NCBI GenBank assembly: GCA_965238005.1
Contig: OZ250165.1
Coordinates: 32,001 to 96,000 of the forward strand
Source of the DNA: Longimicrobiales bacterium
Lineage (GTDB): Bacteria; Gemmatimonadota; Gemmatimonadetes; Longimicrobiales; Gaopeijiaceae
DNA: 64,000 nt
Reading direction: 5' to 3'
In this document: positions 41,097-50,908 of the stretch, one piece after another
How the letters are laid out: each line of letters starts with the position of its first letter
How positions within the stretch are numbered: position 1 is the stretch's first letter
Notes under the pieces: model-generated
The model's database searches: none
What the model was told of the DNA's origin: nothing
Seen by the model: the letters and a program-made list of their open reading frames with translations, nothing else
Translations under genes and position numbers: made by a program

Positions 41097-41996
41097 ATGC
41101 TTCCCATAGACCTGACCGGCAAGAGAGCGTTCGTGGCAGGAGTTGCGGACGACAAGGGCTACGGCTGGGCCATTGTGAGGGCCCTCGCCCGGGCCGGTGT
41201 GTCCATCTGCGTCGGAACCTGGCCGCCCGTGCTGAGGATCTTCACCCGGAGCCTGGAACGGGGAAAGCTGGACCTGAGCCTGCCGGGAGGCGGTGAGATC
41301 GAATTCGAGAAGATCTGTCCCATGGATGCGGTCTTCGACACGCCGGACGACGTTCCGGACGACATACGTGAGGACAAGCGCTACCGCGACCTGTCGGGCT
41401 ACACGCTTCAGGAGGTCGCCGACGGTCTCAGGAGCGACTTCGGCGACCCCTGCTTGGATGTTCTGGTGCACTCGCTGGCCAACGCGCCCGAGGTGCAGAA
41501 GCCCCTGGTGGACACCAGCCGGGCCGGGTACCTGGCAGCCGTCAGCGCCAGCGCGTACTCCATGGTGGGGATGGTGCAGCGCTTCGGTCCCCTCATGAGG
41601 GAGGGCGGATCCGTGGTGTCGCTGACCTATCTGGCAGGCGAGAGGGTGATCCCGGGCTACGGAGGAGGCATGAGCTCGGCCAAGGCAGCCCTCGAGAACG
41701 ACACCCGAACCCTGGCGTTCGAGGCGGGCCGGCGCTGGGGCATCCGGGTGAACACGATCTCCGCGGGCCCCCTGGCCAGCCGAGCGGCCCGGGCCGTCGG
41801 GTCCATCGATCGCATGGTGGACTACTACCGGCTGAACGCTGCCTTTCCCGCGGTCAACACCGCCGACGACGTGGGGAACACCGCGGCGTTCCTGTGCTCT
41901 CCCCTCGGGGCCGGCATCACGGGCGAGACCCTGCACGTGGACATGGGCTTTCACGCCATGGGCATGGCCGCCGAGGATCCGCTCGGCGAAGAGTAG
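41097..41996 (+). CDS. fabI: Enoyl-ACP reductase (plant/chlamydial-type FabI)
   Basis: [53 protein letters not shown]. Confidence 0.92.
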   Translation: MLPIDLTGKRAFVAGVADDKGYGWAIVRALARAGVSICVGTWPPVLRIFTRSLERGKLDLSLPGGGEIEFEKICPMDAVFDTPDDVPDDIREDKRYRDLSGYTLQEVADGLRSDFGDPCLDVLVHSLANAPEVQKPLVDTSRAGYLAAVSASAYSMVGMVQRFGPLMREGGSVVSLTYLAGERVIPGYGGGMSSAKAALENDTRTLAFEAGRRWGIRVNTISAGPLASRAARAVGSIDRMVDYYRLNAAFPAVNTADDVGNTAAFLCSPLGAGITGETLHVDMGFHAMGMAAEDPLGEE

Positions 41997-42000
41997 CACC

Positions 42001-43407
42001 ATGTCTGACCTCGGCTCGCTCCTGCCCTCGGTCCTGACCCCCCCGCCCGGACCGCGCTCAAAGGCTCTGGCGGAGCGGTTGCGGCGAGTCGAGTCCAGGA
42101 ACGTCACGTTCCTAGCCGAGCGATTTCCGGTGTTCTGGGAAGCCGCTGCCGGCGCCAACGTGCGGGACGTGGACGGGAACGTCTACGTCGACTTCACCGG
42201 TGCTTTCGGTGTCGCCATGGCGGGTCATGCCCATCCACGCATCCGGGCTGCCCTAGAGGAGCAGTCCGGCCGCCTCGTTCACGGGATGGGGGACGTGCAC
42301 CCGCCCGAGCTCAAGCTCGAGCTTCTGGAGCGGCTCGCCCGCCTGGCGCCATGGGAGGAGACCCGGGGAGTTCTCGCCTCCTCCGGATCGGAGGCTGTCG
42401 AGATCGCTCTCAAGACCGCCGAGCTGTCTACCGGCCGGTCCGGAGTACTGGCGTTCGAGGGCGGCTATCACGGACTCACCCTCGGAAGCCTGGCGGTGAC
42501 GGAACGCACGTACTTCCGGGGGCCGTTCCGGGGACGACTTCACGACCGTGTGGCCTTTGTGCCCTTTCCCAAGGGCGAGGATGCGGAGGCCGTTCTCGTG
42601 GACGTCGAGCGCATCCTGACGGGAGACGGCCCGTTCAAGGATCCCATCGGGTCGGTGGTCGTGGAGCCCATTCAGGGGAGGGCGGGAGTACGCGTGCCGC
42701 CGTCCGGCTTCCTGAGCGGCCTGGCGGAGCTGACCAGATCGGCCGGGGCTCTTCTCGTCTTCGACGAGATCTTCACCGGCTTCGGCCGCACGGGTACGCT
42801 TTTCGCGTTCGAGCACGAGGGAATGATTCCGGACATCCTCTGCGTAGGCAAGGCGCTGGGCGGCGGTCTTCCCCTGAGCGCCTGTCTGGGACCTCGCGAG
42901 GTCATGGATGCGTGGCCCGACTCCACGGGCGAGGCGCTGCACACGAGCACGTTCCTGGGTCACCCCCTGTCGTGCGCCGCGGCGCTCGCCTTCCTGGACG
43001 TCCTGGAAGAGGAGGATCTGGCAGGTCGGGCCGCCACCCTGGGCGGCCGCTTGCTCGAGGGCCTCGGCGAGGCTCTGGTCGGCGTGACCCCCGGCGTGCA
43101 GGATGTCCGGGGCCGAGGCTTGCTCATCGGCATCGAGCTGAGCGCGTTGGAGGGTGATGGTCCGGGCGGTGCCGGGGACCGGCTCGCCACTGCCGGAGCC
43201 ACCATTGCCGAAGTCACCACCGCCGGAGCCACCACCGCTGGAGCCTCGATCGCCGAGGCCGCCCTCTCCAGGGGGCTCCTGGTCCTGCCGGCCGGCGCCG
43301 GAGGAGAGGTCGTGGAGATCGCACCGCCGGCGGTGATCTCAGAGGCGCAGGTGGACTTCGGCATCGAGTGTCTGGTGGAAGTCATACGGGAAGGGCTCGC
43401 CCCATGA
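42001..43407 (+). CDS. Class III aminotransferase (GABA-AT-like)
   Basis: SGSEAVE, FEGGYHG, EPIQG, FDEIFTGFGRTG, GKALGGG. Confidence 0.92.
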   Translation: MSDLGSLLPSVLTPPPGPRSKALAERLRRVESRNVTFLAERFPVFWEAAAGANVRDVDGNVYVDFTGAFGVAMAGHAHPRIRAALEEQSGRLVHGMGDVHPPELKLELLERLARLAPWEETRGVLASSGSEAVEIALKTAELSTGRSGVLAFEGGYHGLTLGSLAVTERTYFRGPFRGRLHDRVAFVPFPKGEDAEAVLVDVERILTGDGPFKDPIGSVVVEPIQGRAGVRVPPSGFLSGLAELTRSAGALLVFDEIFTGFGRTGTLFAFEHEGMIPDILCVGKALGGGLPLSACLGPREVMDAWPDSTGEALHTSTFLGHPLSCAAALAFLDVLEEEDLAGRAATLGGRLLEGLGEALVGVTPGVQDVRGRGLLIGIELSALEGDGPGGAGDRLATAGATIAEVTTAGATTAGASIAEAALSRGLLVLPAGAGGEVVEIAPPAVISEAQVDFGIECLVEVIREGLAP

Positions 43408-43438
43408 CCCGACTCCGCTCCACTCCGGAGGCTCGTTC

Positions 43439-44095
43439 GTGACCCGCGCCCACTCCTGGGACGCCGTCCTGTTCGATCTCGATGGGACCCTGGCGGACAC
43501 CACCGAGCTCATTCTGCGGTCGTTTCGACACGCCACCCTCACGCATCTCGGCCGGGAGGGTGACGACGGCGACTGGCTCGCCACCATGGGCATGCCCCTG
43601 CACGTGCAGATGAAGGACTTCGCCCGCTCGGCGGAGGAGGCCGAGGCCATGGTGGAGACGTACGGCGCGTTCCAGCGCACGGTCCACGACGAGATGGTGC
43701 GCGCGTTTCCCGGGGTGGTGGAGACGGTGGCGCGCCTGAAGGAGTCGGGCACGCGCATGGCGGTGGTGACGAGCAAGGCACGGCAGATGACTCTGCGCAC
43801 CCTGGCGTGCTGCGGGATGGAGGACGCCTTCGAGGTGCTTGTCACCGTCGACGATGTGGGAAGGGGCAAGCCCGATCCGGAGCCGGTGAACCTGGCCATG
43901 GAGCGCCTGGGCGTCGAGGGGCCCGAGGGCGTGGTCTTTCTAGGGGATTCTCCCTACGACGCGATGGCGGGTAAGGCGGCCGGAGTGTACACGGCCGCGG
44001 CGCTGTGGGGGCCTTTCACGCGAGCGCGGCTCGAGGAGGTCGAGCCGCATTTCTACCTGGAGAGCCCCCGGGAGCTGCTGGATCTGGGGCCGTAG
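43439..44095 (+). CDS. HAD-family hydrolase (PpaX/Gph-like)
   Basis: FDLDGTLAD, VTSK, KPDPEP, GDSPYD. Confidence 0.92.
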   Translation: MTRAHSWDAVLFDLDGTLADTTELILRSFRHATLTHLGREGDDGDWLATMGMPLHVQMKDFARSAEEAEAMVETYGAFQRTVHDEMVRAFPGVVETVARLKESGTRMAVVTSKARQMTLRTLACCGMEDAFEVLVTVDDVGRGKPDPEPVNLAMERLGVEGPEGVVFLGDSPYDAMAGKAAGVYTAAALWGPFTRARLEEVEPHFYLESPRELLDLGP

Positions 44096-44100
44096 GTGGC

Positions 44101-44391
44101 TTAGCGCGCCGAGGTGGCGAAGTCGACCCGCCCCGCCAAGTCGAGGTCTTTCTGGGTGAGACCTTTCGCTTCGTGCGTCGTCAACGTCAGGCTCACCGTC
44201 GTGTAGCGGATATCGATGTCCGGATGGTGGTCCATATCGTCGGCCAGGCTGGCCACTCGGTTGACGAACACGATGGCGTCGCGGAAGGACGCGAAACTGA
44301 ACCCTTTGATCAGCGTCTTGCCCTTCCGCTTCCACCCCTCTCGCCCGTTCAACCACCCACGGATGGACTCGTCGTTCAGCTTCTCGGCCAT
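44101..44391 (-). CDS. phhB: Pterin-4-alpha-carbinolamine dehydratase
   Basis: DHHPDI, LTTH..GLT.KD. Confidence 0.9.
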   Translation of the reverse strand: MAEKLNDESIRGWLNGREGWKRKGKTLIKGFSFASFRDAIVFVNRVASLADDMDHHPDIDIRYTTVSLTLTTHEAKGLTQKDLDLAGRVDFATSAR

Positions 44392-44536
44392 GTATCTTTC
44401 AGGTTCCCTTGATCGCCTGCCCAATTCGTTGGGACTTGATGACTTAACCCATAGGCACCCCACCGTTCCGTGGGGTTGAATCGGGAGGGGATCCTATTTA
44501 TGGTTTCGGCCCTCACAGCGAGAGGTCACAGCATTT

Positions 44537-44609
44537 GCCCCCATCGTCTAGTGGCCTAGGACACCTGGTTCTCAGCCAGGAAACCGGGGTTCGATTCCCC
44601 GTGGGGGTA
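44537..44609 (+). tRNA. tRNA-Glu(CTC)
   Basis: Acceptor GCCCCCA/TGGGGGT, anticodon arm CCTGG-TTCTCAG-CCAGG, T-loop GGTTCGATTCC; CCA not encoded. Confidence 0.95.
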
Positions 44610-44659
44610 CTGATTCTCGAACGACTGGATCGCGGCTGGGGCGCCGCGTTCTCAGCCGG

Positions 44660-44732
44660 GGTCGCTTAGCTCAGTTGGTAGAGTACTACGCTCACATCGT
44701 AGGGGTCACTGGTTCGAGTCCAGTAGCGACCA
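44660..44732 (+). tRNA. tRNA-Val(CAC)
   Basis: Acceptor GGTCGCT/AGCGACC, anticodon arm CTACG-CTCACAT-CGTAG, T-loop GGTTCGAGTCC. Confidence 0.95.
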
Positions 44733-44742
44733 CTCCCTAACA

Positions 44743-44781
44743 GAAAGCGCCGCAAGGTTTTCTGGACCTGCGGCGCTTTTC
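44743..44781 (+). terminator. Intrinsic terminator after the tRNA pair
   Basis: AAAGCGCCGCA..GGT / ACC.TGCGGCGCTTTT stem ending in a T-run. Confidence 0.7.
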
Positions 44782-44817
44782 GTATTTCCCTGGCTGTGTC
44801 CCGATTGTGTCCCGGAA

Positions 44818-45042
44818 TCAGCCCTCCAGCTCCACGACGCGGAGCACCGTCGCGGGATCGGCCTGCTGGTAGGACACCTTTATCGCCCGTGTGTTCTTCC
44901 ATCCGGCAGCGTGCGCGACGTCAACGTCTGGGAGGCCCTTCCGCTCGCTCGCCCAAAGCCTCCGGTAGGGGTGGAAGGTCCCTCGGTCCAGCTTGGGCAG
45001 CTTGGCCAGTGCCTCTGCCCGTCGTAGCCACTTCGCGGCGAG
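44818..45042 (-). pseudogene. Tyrosine integrase C-terminal remnant
   Basis: Manual translation LAAKWLRRAEALAKLPKLDRGTFHPYRRLWASERKGLPDVDVAHAAGWKNTRAI-(frameshift)-SYQQADPATVLRVVELEG*: HxxR, GW and catalytic Tyr; adjacent to the tRNA. Confidence 0.75.
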
Positions 45043-45249
45043 CGGCTGTGTTACATGGCGGAATGCCCCTACGTGGATCGCACCGAGCCCCAGAAGCCCC
45101 TTCGAGGTACCGGCGATGAAATCCCGTCGCGTCGTCCCGAGTGACCTCCCGCGCTGTGCGGTTCAGTTGCGTCTGAGGCGCTGTTGGCACTGCTGCGTCT
45201 CCCCGGGCGTGTTGGCTACGGATGCGCGTCCGTTCAGCGGCACCTCAGG

Positions 45250-46680
45250 CTATCTATGCAGCGCCTCGATCTGTTCGATCATCTCCGCCGATTCCCGCGG
45301 CCCGAACAGCCCTCCGAGAAGCATGGCTGCCGCACTCGCGAAGAGCGCGACCACCACCGGTGCCAGCCCGATGTCGATCACGCCCGCCTGGACCAGAACG
45401 TAGACGACGGCACCCAAGAACACCGCTCCCACGCCCCCGGCCAGATTGGCCTTCTTCCACCATAGCCCGGCGATGGTGGGTACGAACAGACTCGCACTCA
45501 GCACCCCGACCCCCGCCGTGTAGAACTGGGTGATCAGCTCGGGGGGTGAGAACGCCCAGAACAGCGCCGCCGTCCCGATCACCCAGGTGGACCCGATCCG
45601 GACGAAGCTCAACGTCCGCTCGCTCGCCCGGTCACGTAGAAAGCCGCCCAGGATGTCGTGCGCGATGGACGAGCTACACGCCAGAAGCAGCGCGTCGGTG
45701 GTGGACATTACGGCCGCCAGCACAGCGGCGACGGCGATCCCCCGGATGAGCGGCGGGAACTGCGTCTCCATGACGCGCAGGAAAAGCTGATCGGCATCCT
45801 GGAGCCCCGGAAAATCGATCCTGCCCACGGGGACGATGGCCAACACCGCGGCGAGGATCATGACGCTGTAGACCAACATGGCCAGGTTGAGCGATAGCCG
45901 GGCGCTCTCGGCGTCCTTGGCGGTGAAGACCCTCATGACGATGTGGGGGATTACCGGGATCGCCGTCGCCCAGATGATGAAGTAGCCCAGATAGCTGGAC
46001 ACAGGTAGGTGCTTTACCTGCCCGAGCTCGGGTGCCACGGCCGTGGCCTGGCTCATGATCTCGAACGGCGATCCCACCTTCCACACCAGGACGAGGGCCG
46101 TACCGACGACGACGATCACCATGAGGATCCCCTGGATCACGTCCGTCTAGGTGATGGCGACCATGCCGCCGAAGGAGACGTAGATGATGAACACCACCGT
46201 GGCCAGCGTGAGGGCGGTGTCGTAGGGGATCCCCAGCAGCGCCTCGGCAGTGATCCCTGCCGCCTTGAGCTGCGCTACGATGTAGATGGTGAATGCGGCG
46301 ACGATCAGGATCGGGACCAGGTACCGGACCACCGCGTGCGGGTACCGAAAGATCAGAAAGTCGGTGATCGTGAACTTGCCGAAATTGCGGAGCGGCTTCG
46401 CGACGAGGATCGAAGCCAGCGGAAAGCCGACCACGGCTCCGCCGAACAAGGCCAGCGTCGCGGGGATGCCCTGGGCGTAGGCGAGCCCCATGACCCCGAT
46501 GATGGAGCCCCCACTCGCGAGCGCCGCCATGATCGCCAGGGAGTTCACTACCGTGCCGATGCGGCGACCCGCGACCCAGTACTCGTCGCGGGAGCCCATG
46601 ACCTTCTTCGAGGCTGCGATGCCGATGCCGACGCAGCCGAAGAGGTAGATCCCTACGAGGATGCGCTCGAGGAGCATCAA
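45250..46680 (-). pseudogene. Sodium:solute symporter (SSS) with one in-frame TAG at 46147-46149
   Basis: ORFs 46147..46680 and 45250..46140 are in the same frame: ...GGMVAIT*TDVIQG, where SSS proteins have WTD; AAVMSTTD motif. Confidence 0.88.
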
Positions 46681-46967
46681 CCGGCCTTCCCGTCGCCTAT
46701 CCCATTACGGGCGGATCGGCTGCCGTCGCCCCTGGCACGGTCACCCGAGACGGCGTTGCTTGATGTGCCGCCACTCCCCAGCCGCCAAAACGTGAAGAGG
46801 GCGAGTGCCGGCGAGACCAGCATCAACGTCGCGATGAGCCATCCGAACACCGCCATGCCGCCGAGCTCGATGGTGCGCCACGCCGGGATGAACGCGAACG
46901 CGACGAAAGCGATGAGGAAGACCAGGGTGGCCGCCTCCCCGCGTTCCATGGGGAAGAAGGACTTCAT
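46677..46967 (-). CDS. Small two-TM protein accompanying the SSS transporter
   Basis: MKSFFPMERGEAATLVFLIAFVAF...; overlaps the SSS start, a typical arrangement for SSS partner proteins. Confidence 0.6.
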   Translation of the reverse strand: MKSFFPMERGEAATLVFLIAFVAFAFIPAWRTIELGGMAVFGWLIATLMLVSPALALFTFWRLGSGGTSSNAVSGDRARGDGSRSARNGIGDGKAG

Positions 46968-47689
46968 CGGCGGTGGGCCGCCTTCACGGTTGCCGTCGGA
47001 CCGGCGAATAACTGTCCAACAGGGCAAGAAATTTGCAGGTCTCCGCTTGAAACAAGGGATTACTCAGGATCGTGACGTACGTATAACCGATTTTATGTCA
47101 AGTTAAGGCCCTCTGAGGCCGTTGATCTGCATCATTAGTCACTGGCTCTCTGCTGACGATCGCACCGCCGACTGGCATGGGATCGGGTGGTCGGAAGTCC
47201 ACGCACACTCCGGTCGTCGGACACGCGAACACGGTCCCCCCGAGGGTGATCTTCTCCTCATCGCCCCCCGAAGATGCTGAGGTTACATGCGGGCGCGAAC
47301 GACGCGGCGAGTGCGAACGCGAGGACCATCAGGAACGACCTGAGCTTTGCATTCCTCACTGAGCCCTCCTTCCCGCGCTCCGGGATCAGACCTTCGTCAA
47401 CATCCATGCACGGTCCGGTAGGCGCAAGCAGAAGCCTGTCAGACGCCTGTATTTGCGTGTGAGGCGTCTTCGGACTTTGTTCAGTATCTGGGTAGGCTGG
47501 AGCGTCCTCGTGGCTTAGAGGGCTTTATCGCTCGACCGCGTCTGACGCCCGACGACGACTGAGCGCGGCGACCCTCACGATGATACCAAAGGCGTCCCTG
47601 GCCCTCCCTACTGTCGCGCCCGGCTTCCTAGCCGCATGTTTGCCCCCTTGGTACCGTCGCCGTTCCACGTCGGAAGCGGGAGGACACTC

Positions 47690-48823
47690 ATGCGCGGCAT
47701 CCTGACCACCCTCGGGGCGGCCTTCCTGACCGTCATCCTTGTGGCCGCGTACATGGTCCGAGCCCCTGAGCCCCTACCCGCCGACACAGACGGCCTAATG
47801 GCCACAGCGGCCGAAGCGTACCTCGGAACCCTCAGTAGTGCCGAGCGCGATCGCGGCACGTGGAAGCTGGATGCGGAGCAACGCTTCGATTGGCATTTCA
47901 TACCTCGCGAGCGATACGGTGTCCGGCTCAAGGACATGAACCCGGAGCAGCGCACCGCCGCCCACGGGCTCCTGCAGAGCGTTCTCAGCTCGCAGGGCTA
48001 CCTGAAGGCGACCGGGGTCATGCAGCTCGAGGGGATCCTCGGCCAGATCGAGGGCCGGCCGGATCGACGTGATCCCGAGGACTACTACTTCAACATCTTC
48101 GGCGCCCCCTCCGAGGACGGGGCCTGGGCCTGGCGGTTCGAGGGACACCACATCTCGATGAACTTCGCCGCGGCCGGAGGCGGTCCTCCGTCTGTGACTC
48201 CGGCGTTCCTGGGTTCGAATCCGCACGTGGTGGGAGAGGGCCCGAACGCCGGGCGACGCCTCCTGGGAGCCGAGGAGGATCTGGCCCGCGAGCTCCTGGC
48301 CCTCCTCACCGACGCCCAACTCCGGACCGTCATCATCGAGGCGGAAGCTCCCCCCGACATCGTCACCGGGAACGCGCGGACGGTGGAACTGGATCGCTTC
48401 GAAGGGCTGCCCGCCTCGGAAATGAACGATGCGCAGAGTCACGCGCTGATGCATGTCATCGAGGAATACCTGAACAATGCCAACGCCGACGTTGCCGACG
48501 CGGAGATGCAGCGAATCCACGAGGCCGGACTCGAGAACCTCCACTTCGCGTGGGCGGGGAGCACGGAGCGCGGCGAGGGTCACTACTACCGCATCCACGG
48601 ACCCACTGTGCTGATCGAGTACGACAACGTACAGGGTGGAGCCAACCACGTGCATTCGGTGTGGCGGGACCCCCAGAACGACTTCGGAGACGATCTGCTC
48701 CGCCGGCATTACGAGGAAGCGGAGCACCATCAGAACGACCGTTCCCCGAGCAGATCATCACCGGCCAAGGACGAGGCTCGGGCTCCATCAACGAAGGGGG
48801 GGGGTGCCGGTTTCGTAAATTAA
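47690..48823 (+). CDS. DUF3500 domain protein (exported)
   Basis: WHFIPRER.G, LSSQGY.K, WRFEGHHISMN, YYRIHGP..LIEYDN, NHVHSVWRDP.NDFG. Confidence 0.88.
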   Translation: MRGILTTLGAAFLTVILVAAYMVRAPEPLPADTDGLMATAAEAYLGTLSSAERDRGTWKLDAEQRFDWHFIPRERYGVRLKDMNPEQRTAAHGLLQSVLSSQGYLKATGVMQLEGILGQIEGRPDRRDPEDYYFNIFGAPSEDGAWAWRFEGHHISMNFAAAGGGPPSVTPAFLGSNPHVVGEGPNAGRRLLGAEEDLARELLALLTDAQLRTVIIEAEAPPDIVTGNARTVELDRFEGLPASEMNDAQSHALMHVIEEYLNNANADVADAEMQRIHEAGLENLHFAWAGSTERGEGHYYRIHGPTVLIEYDNVQGGANHVHSVWRDPQNDFGDDLLRRHYEEAEHHQNDRSPSRSSPAKDEARAPSTKGGGAGFVN

Positions 48824-48824
48824 C

Positions 48825-48930
48825 TCATTGCCTCAACCGGACGCCAAAATCTGGGCGCTCAAAGTCCAAGCTGTTGAGGAAGATGTAGATCGCCCTCAAG
48901 TCTTCCTCGCTCATCCGGGAGAAGGGTCCC
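48825..48930 (-). pseudogene. Cytochrome c C-terminal fragment
   Basis: Manual translation GPFSRMSEEDLRAIYIFLNSL..., resembling the helix that follows the axial Met in c-type cytochromes. Confidence 0.45.
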
Positions 48931-49043
48931 CTCATCTGTCACTTCAAGTAGCGAACAAGGGTCCGGGCCGGACGGGCCTCGACCTGAAACGGACTACACG
49001 GCGCGGACGCCTTCGTGAGCCCATCGGACCAGGAGAAACTCCC

Positions 49044-50687
49044 GTGATCAGCCATCTCGGAAAGTGTACGACTCTTCTCGTCGGCGCCGTGGGCGTCCTG
49101 ACGGTCCTCGGCATTTCCGCACACCCTGCCGACGCACAGGCCGCGCACCAACGCGATGACACGGCGCTCGGCTCCGTGCACTTCGACGTGTCGTGTCGCG
49201 CAGTGGCGGACGACTTCGATCGCGCCGTCGCCTTCCTCCATCACATGCAGTACGAGGAGTCACGGGCGGCCTTCGAGGCCATCGCGGAGGCGGACGCCGG
49301 CTGCGCCATGGCCCACTGGGGCATCGCCATGACCCTGTTCCAGCCGCTCTGGCCCGAGCGTCCCGGACCCCAAATCCTCGCCCGTGGCTGGAAAGAGGTG
49401 CAGAAGGCTCGAGAGCTAGGAGCGGGCGACGATCGAGAGGCTCGACTTGTGGACGCCGCGGGCGCCTTCTTCCAGGACCCGGACTCGGCCGATTGGTGGA
49501 CCCGTATCACGCGGTGGAGTGAGGCCATGTCGAGCGCGTACGAGGCCCATTCCGGCGATCGCGAAACGGCCGCTTTCTACGCGCTTTCCCAGCTCGCGGT
49601 CGGCCAGGTCGCCGAAGACCGCGTGGCCCACCAGAGTCGTGCCGCGAAGCTCCTCCTGGAGATATACGATGAGGAGCCGAGACACCCGGGAGCCATCCAT
49701 TACACCATCCACGCGAACGACGTAGCTACTCGGGCCAGCGAGTCCCTGGGGGTGGTGCGAAGCTACGACGATATCGCGCCCCAGGTGCCACACGCCCTCC
49801 ACATGCCGACGCACATCTTCGTGCGCCTGGGCGAGTGGCCGGAGGTGATCCTGTGGAATCGGAAGTCCGCGCAGGCCGCGCTCCAGTTCCCGGCCGGTGA
49901 TCGGCTGTCGCATCACTATCCCCACGCCCTGGACTATCTGGTCTATGCCCACCTCCAGCGTGGTGACGACCGGGCGGCTTCGGCGGTTTTGGGTGAGTTG
50001 TCCGGCCGGACTGAGCCCTTCCAGGGGACATTCATCAGCGCCTTCCATCTCGCGGCCGTGCAGGCTCGTTACGCCGTGGAGCGGCGCGCCTGGGCGGAGG
50101 CGACAGAGATCCAGGCACGATCTCCCGCGTCTCTCGACTGGGATCAGTTCTGGTGGGCCGAATCCTTGAGCTGGTTTGCGCGGGGTCTCGGAGCGGCCAA
50201 CACCGATGATGTTGAGGAAGCCGCTCGTGCGGAGAGCCGTATGGCACGTCTGCGCGACGCGGCGAGGGCGGCGGGCGAGCAGGCGTTCGTGACGTACATA
50301 GAGATCGACCGGCTGGTTCTTTCGGCTTGGCGGAGCTACGCAGCCGGACGGGCGGACCGAGCCTTGTCAACGATGAGGGAAGCGGTGGAGCTCGAAGCCA
50401 CCACTCAGAAGCATCCCGTCACGCCGGGCGCTCTGTACCCATCTCGGGAGGCTTTGGGCGACCTGCTGTCCCGGCTGGACCGACCGCGAGAAGCCCTGGT
50501 GGCGTACGAGGCTTCGTTGACCACGTGGCCCGGTCGATTCAACAGTCTCGTGGGCGCGGCCCGTGCGGCCAGAGCCGCCGGCCTGGATGACGTGGCTAGG
50601 GGACACTACGAGAGTCTGCTGGGGATCACATCGACGGAGAGCCAAAGACCGGCGGTCGCGGAGGCCCGGAGCTTCCTCCAGGGCTGA
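49044..50687 (+). CDS. Exported TPR-like helical repeat protein
   Basis: RBS AGGAGA; signal peptide; LGSVHF..SC, CAMAHWG.AM, HPGAIHY.IH, PHALHMPTHIF.RLG.W. Confidence 0.82.
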   Translation: MISHLGKCTTLLVGAVGVLTVLGISAHPADAQAAHQRDDTALGSVHFDVSCRAVADDFDRAVAFLHHMQYEESRAAFEAIAEADAGCAMAHWGIAMTLFQPLWPERPGPQILARGWKEVQKARELGAGDDREARLVDAAGAFFQDPDSADWWTRITRWSEAMSSAYEAHSGDRETAAFYALSQLAVGQVAEDRVAHQSRAAKLLLEIYDEEPRHPGAIHYTIHANDVATRASESLGVVRSYDDIAPQVPHALHMPTHIFVRLGEWPEVILWNRKSAQAALQFPAGDRLSHHYPHALDYLVYAHLQRGDDRAASAVLGELSGRTEPFQGTFISAFHLAAVQARYAVERRAWAEATEIQARSPASLDWDQFWWAESLSWFARGLGAANTDDVEEAARAESRMARLRDAARAAGEQAFVTYIEIDRLVLSAWRSYAAGRADRALSTMREAVELEATTQKHPVTPGALYPSREALGDLLSRLDRPREALVAYEASLTTWPGRFNSLVGAARAARAAGLDDVARGHYESLLGITSTESQRPAVAEARSFLQG

Positions 50688-50908
50688 ACGAGGCGAGGCC
50701 CGCTGGAGTCTCGCCCGAGTGGATGTTACAGGAGGCTGCGGGTAGGCAATGAGGGGGGAGGTGCGGGCTCTGAGATGCTCCTCGATCCTGGCTCTGAGGC
50801 TCTCCGCGGCCTGAGGGAGAGTGACCTGAGGGAGCAAGCCCCAAGTCTTTGCCAGGGAACGGTTCGACCAGTCTGTTTCAGAGCCCTGTCGAGCCAAACC
50901 GAGTAGGG

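Noticed and set aside
46147..46149. Pyrrolysine or genetic-code reassignment of TAG
   Set aside because: TAG terminates many genes here, the position is a conserved Trp, and no pyl genes are present in the window.
47098..47359. Lipoprotein gene on the minus strand (VRNAKLRSFLMVLAFALAASFAPAC...)
   Set aside because: Stops after 33 codons at a G6 run; possibly another fragment, but no family could be recognised.
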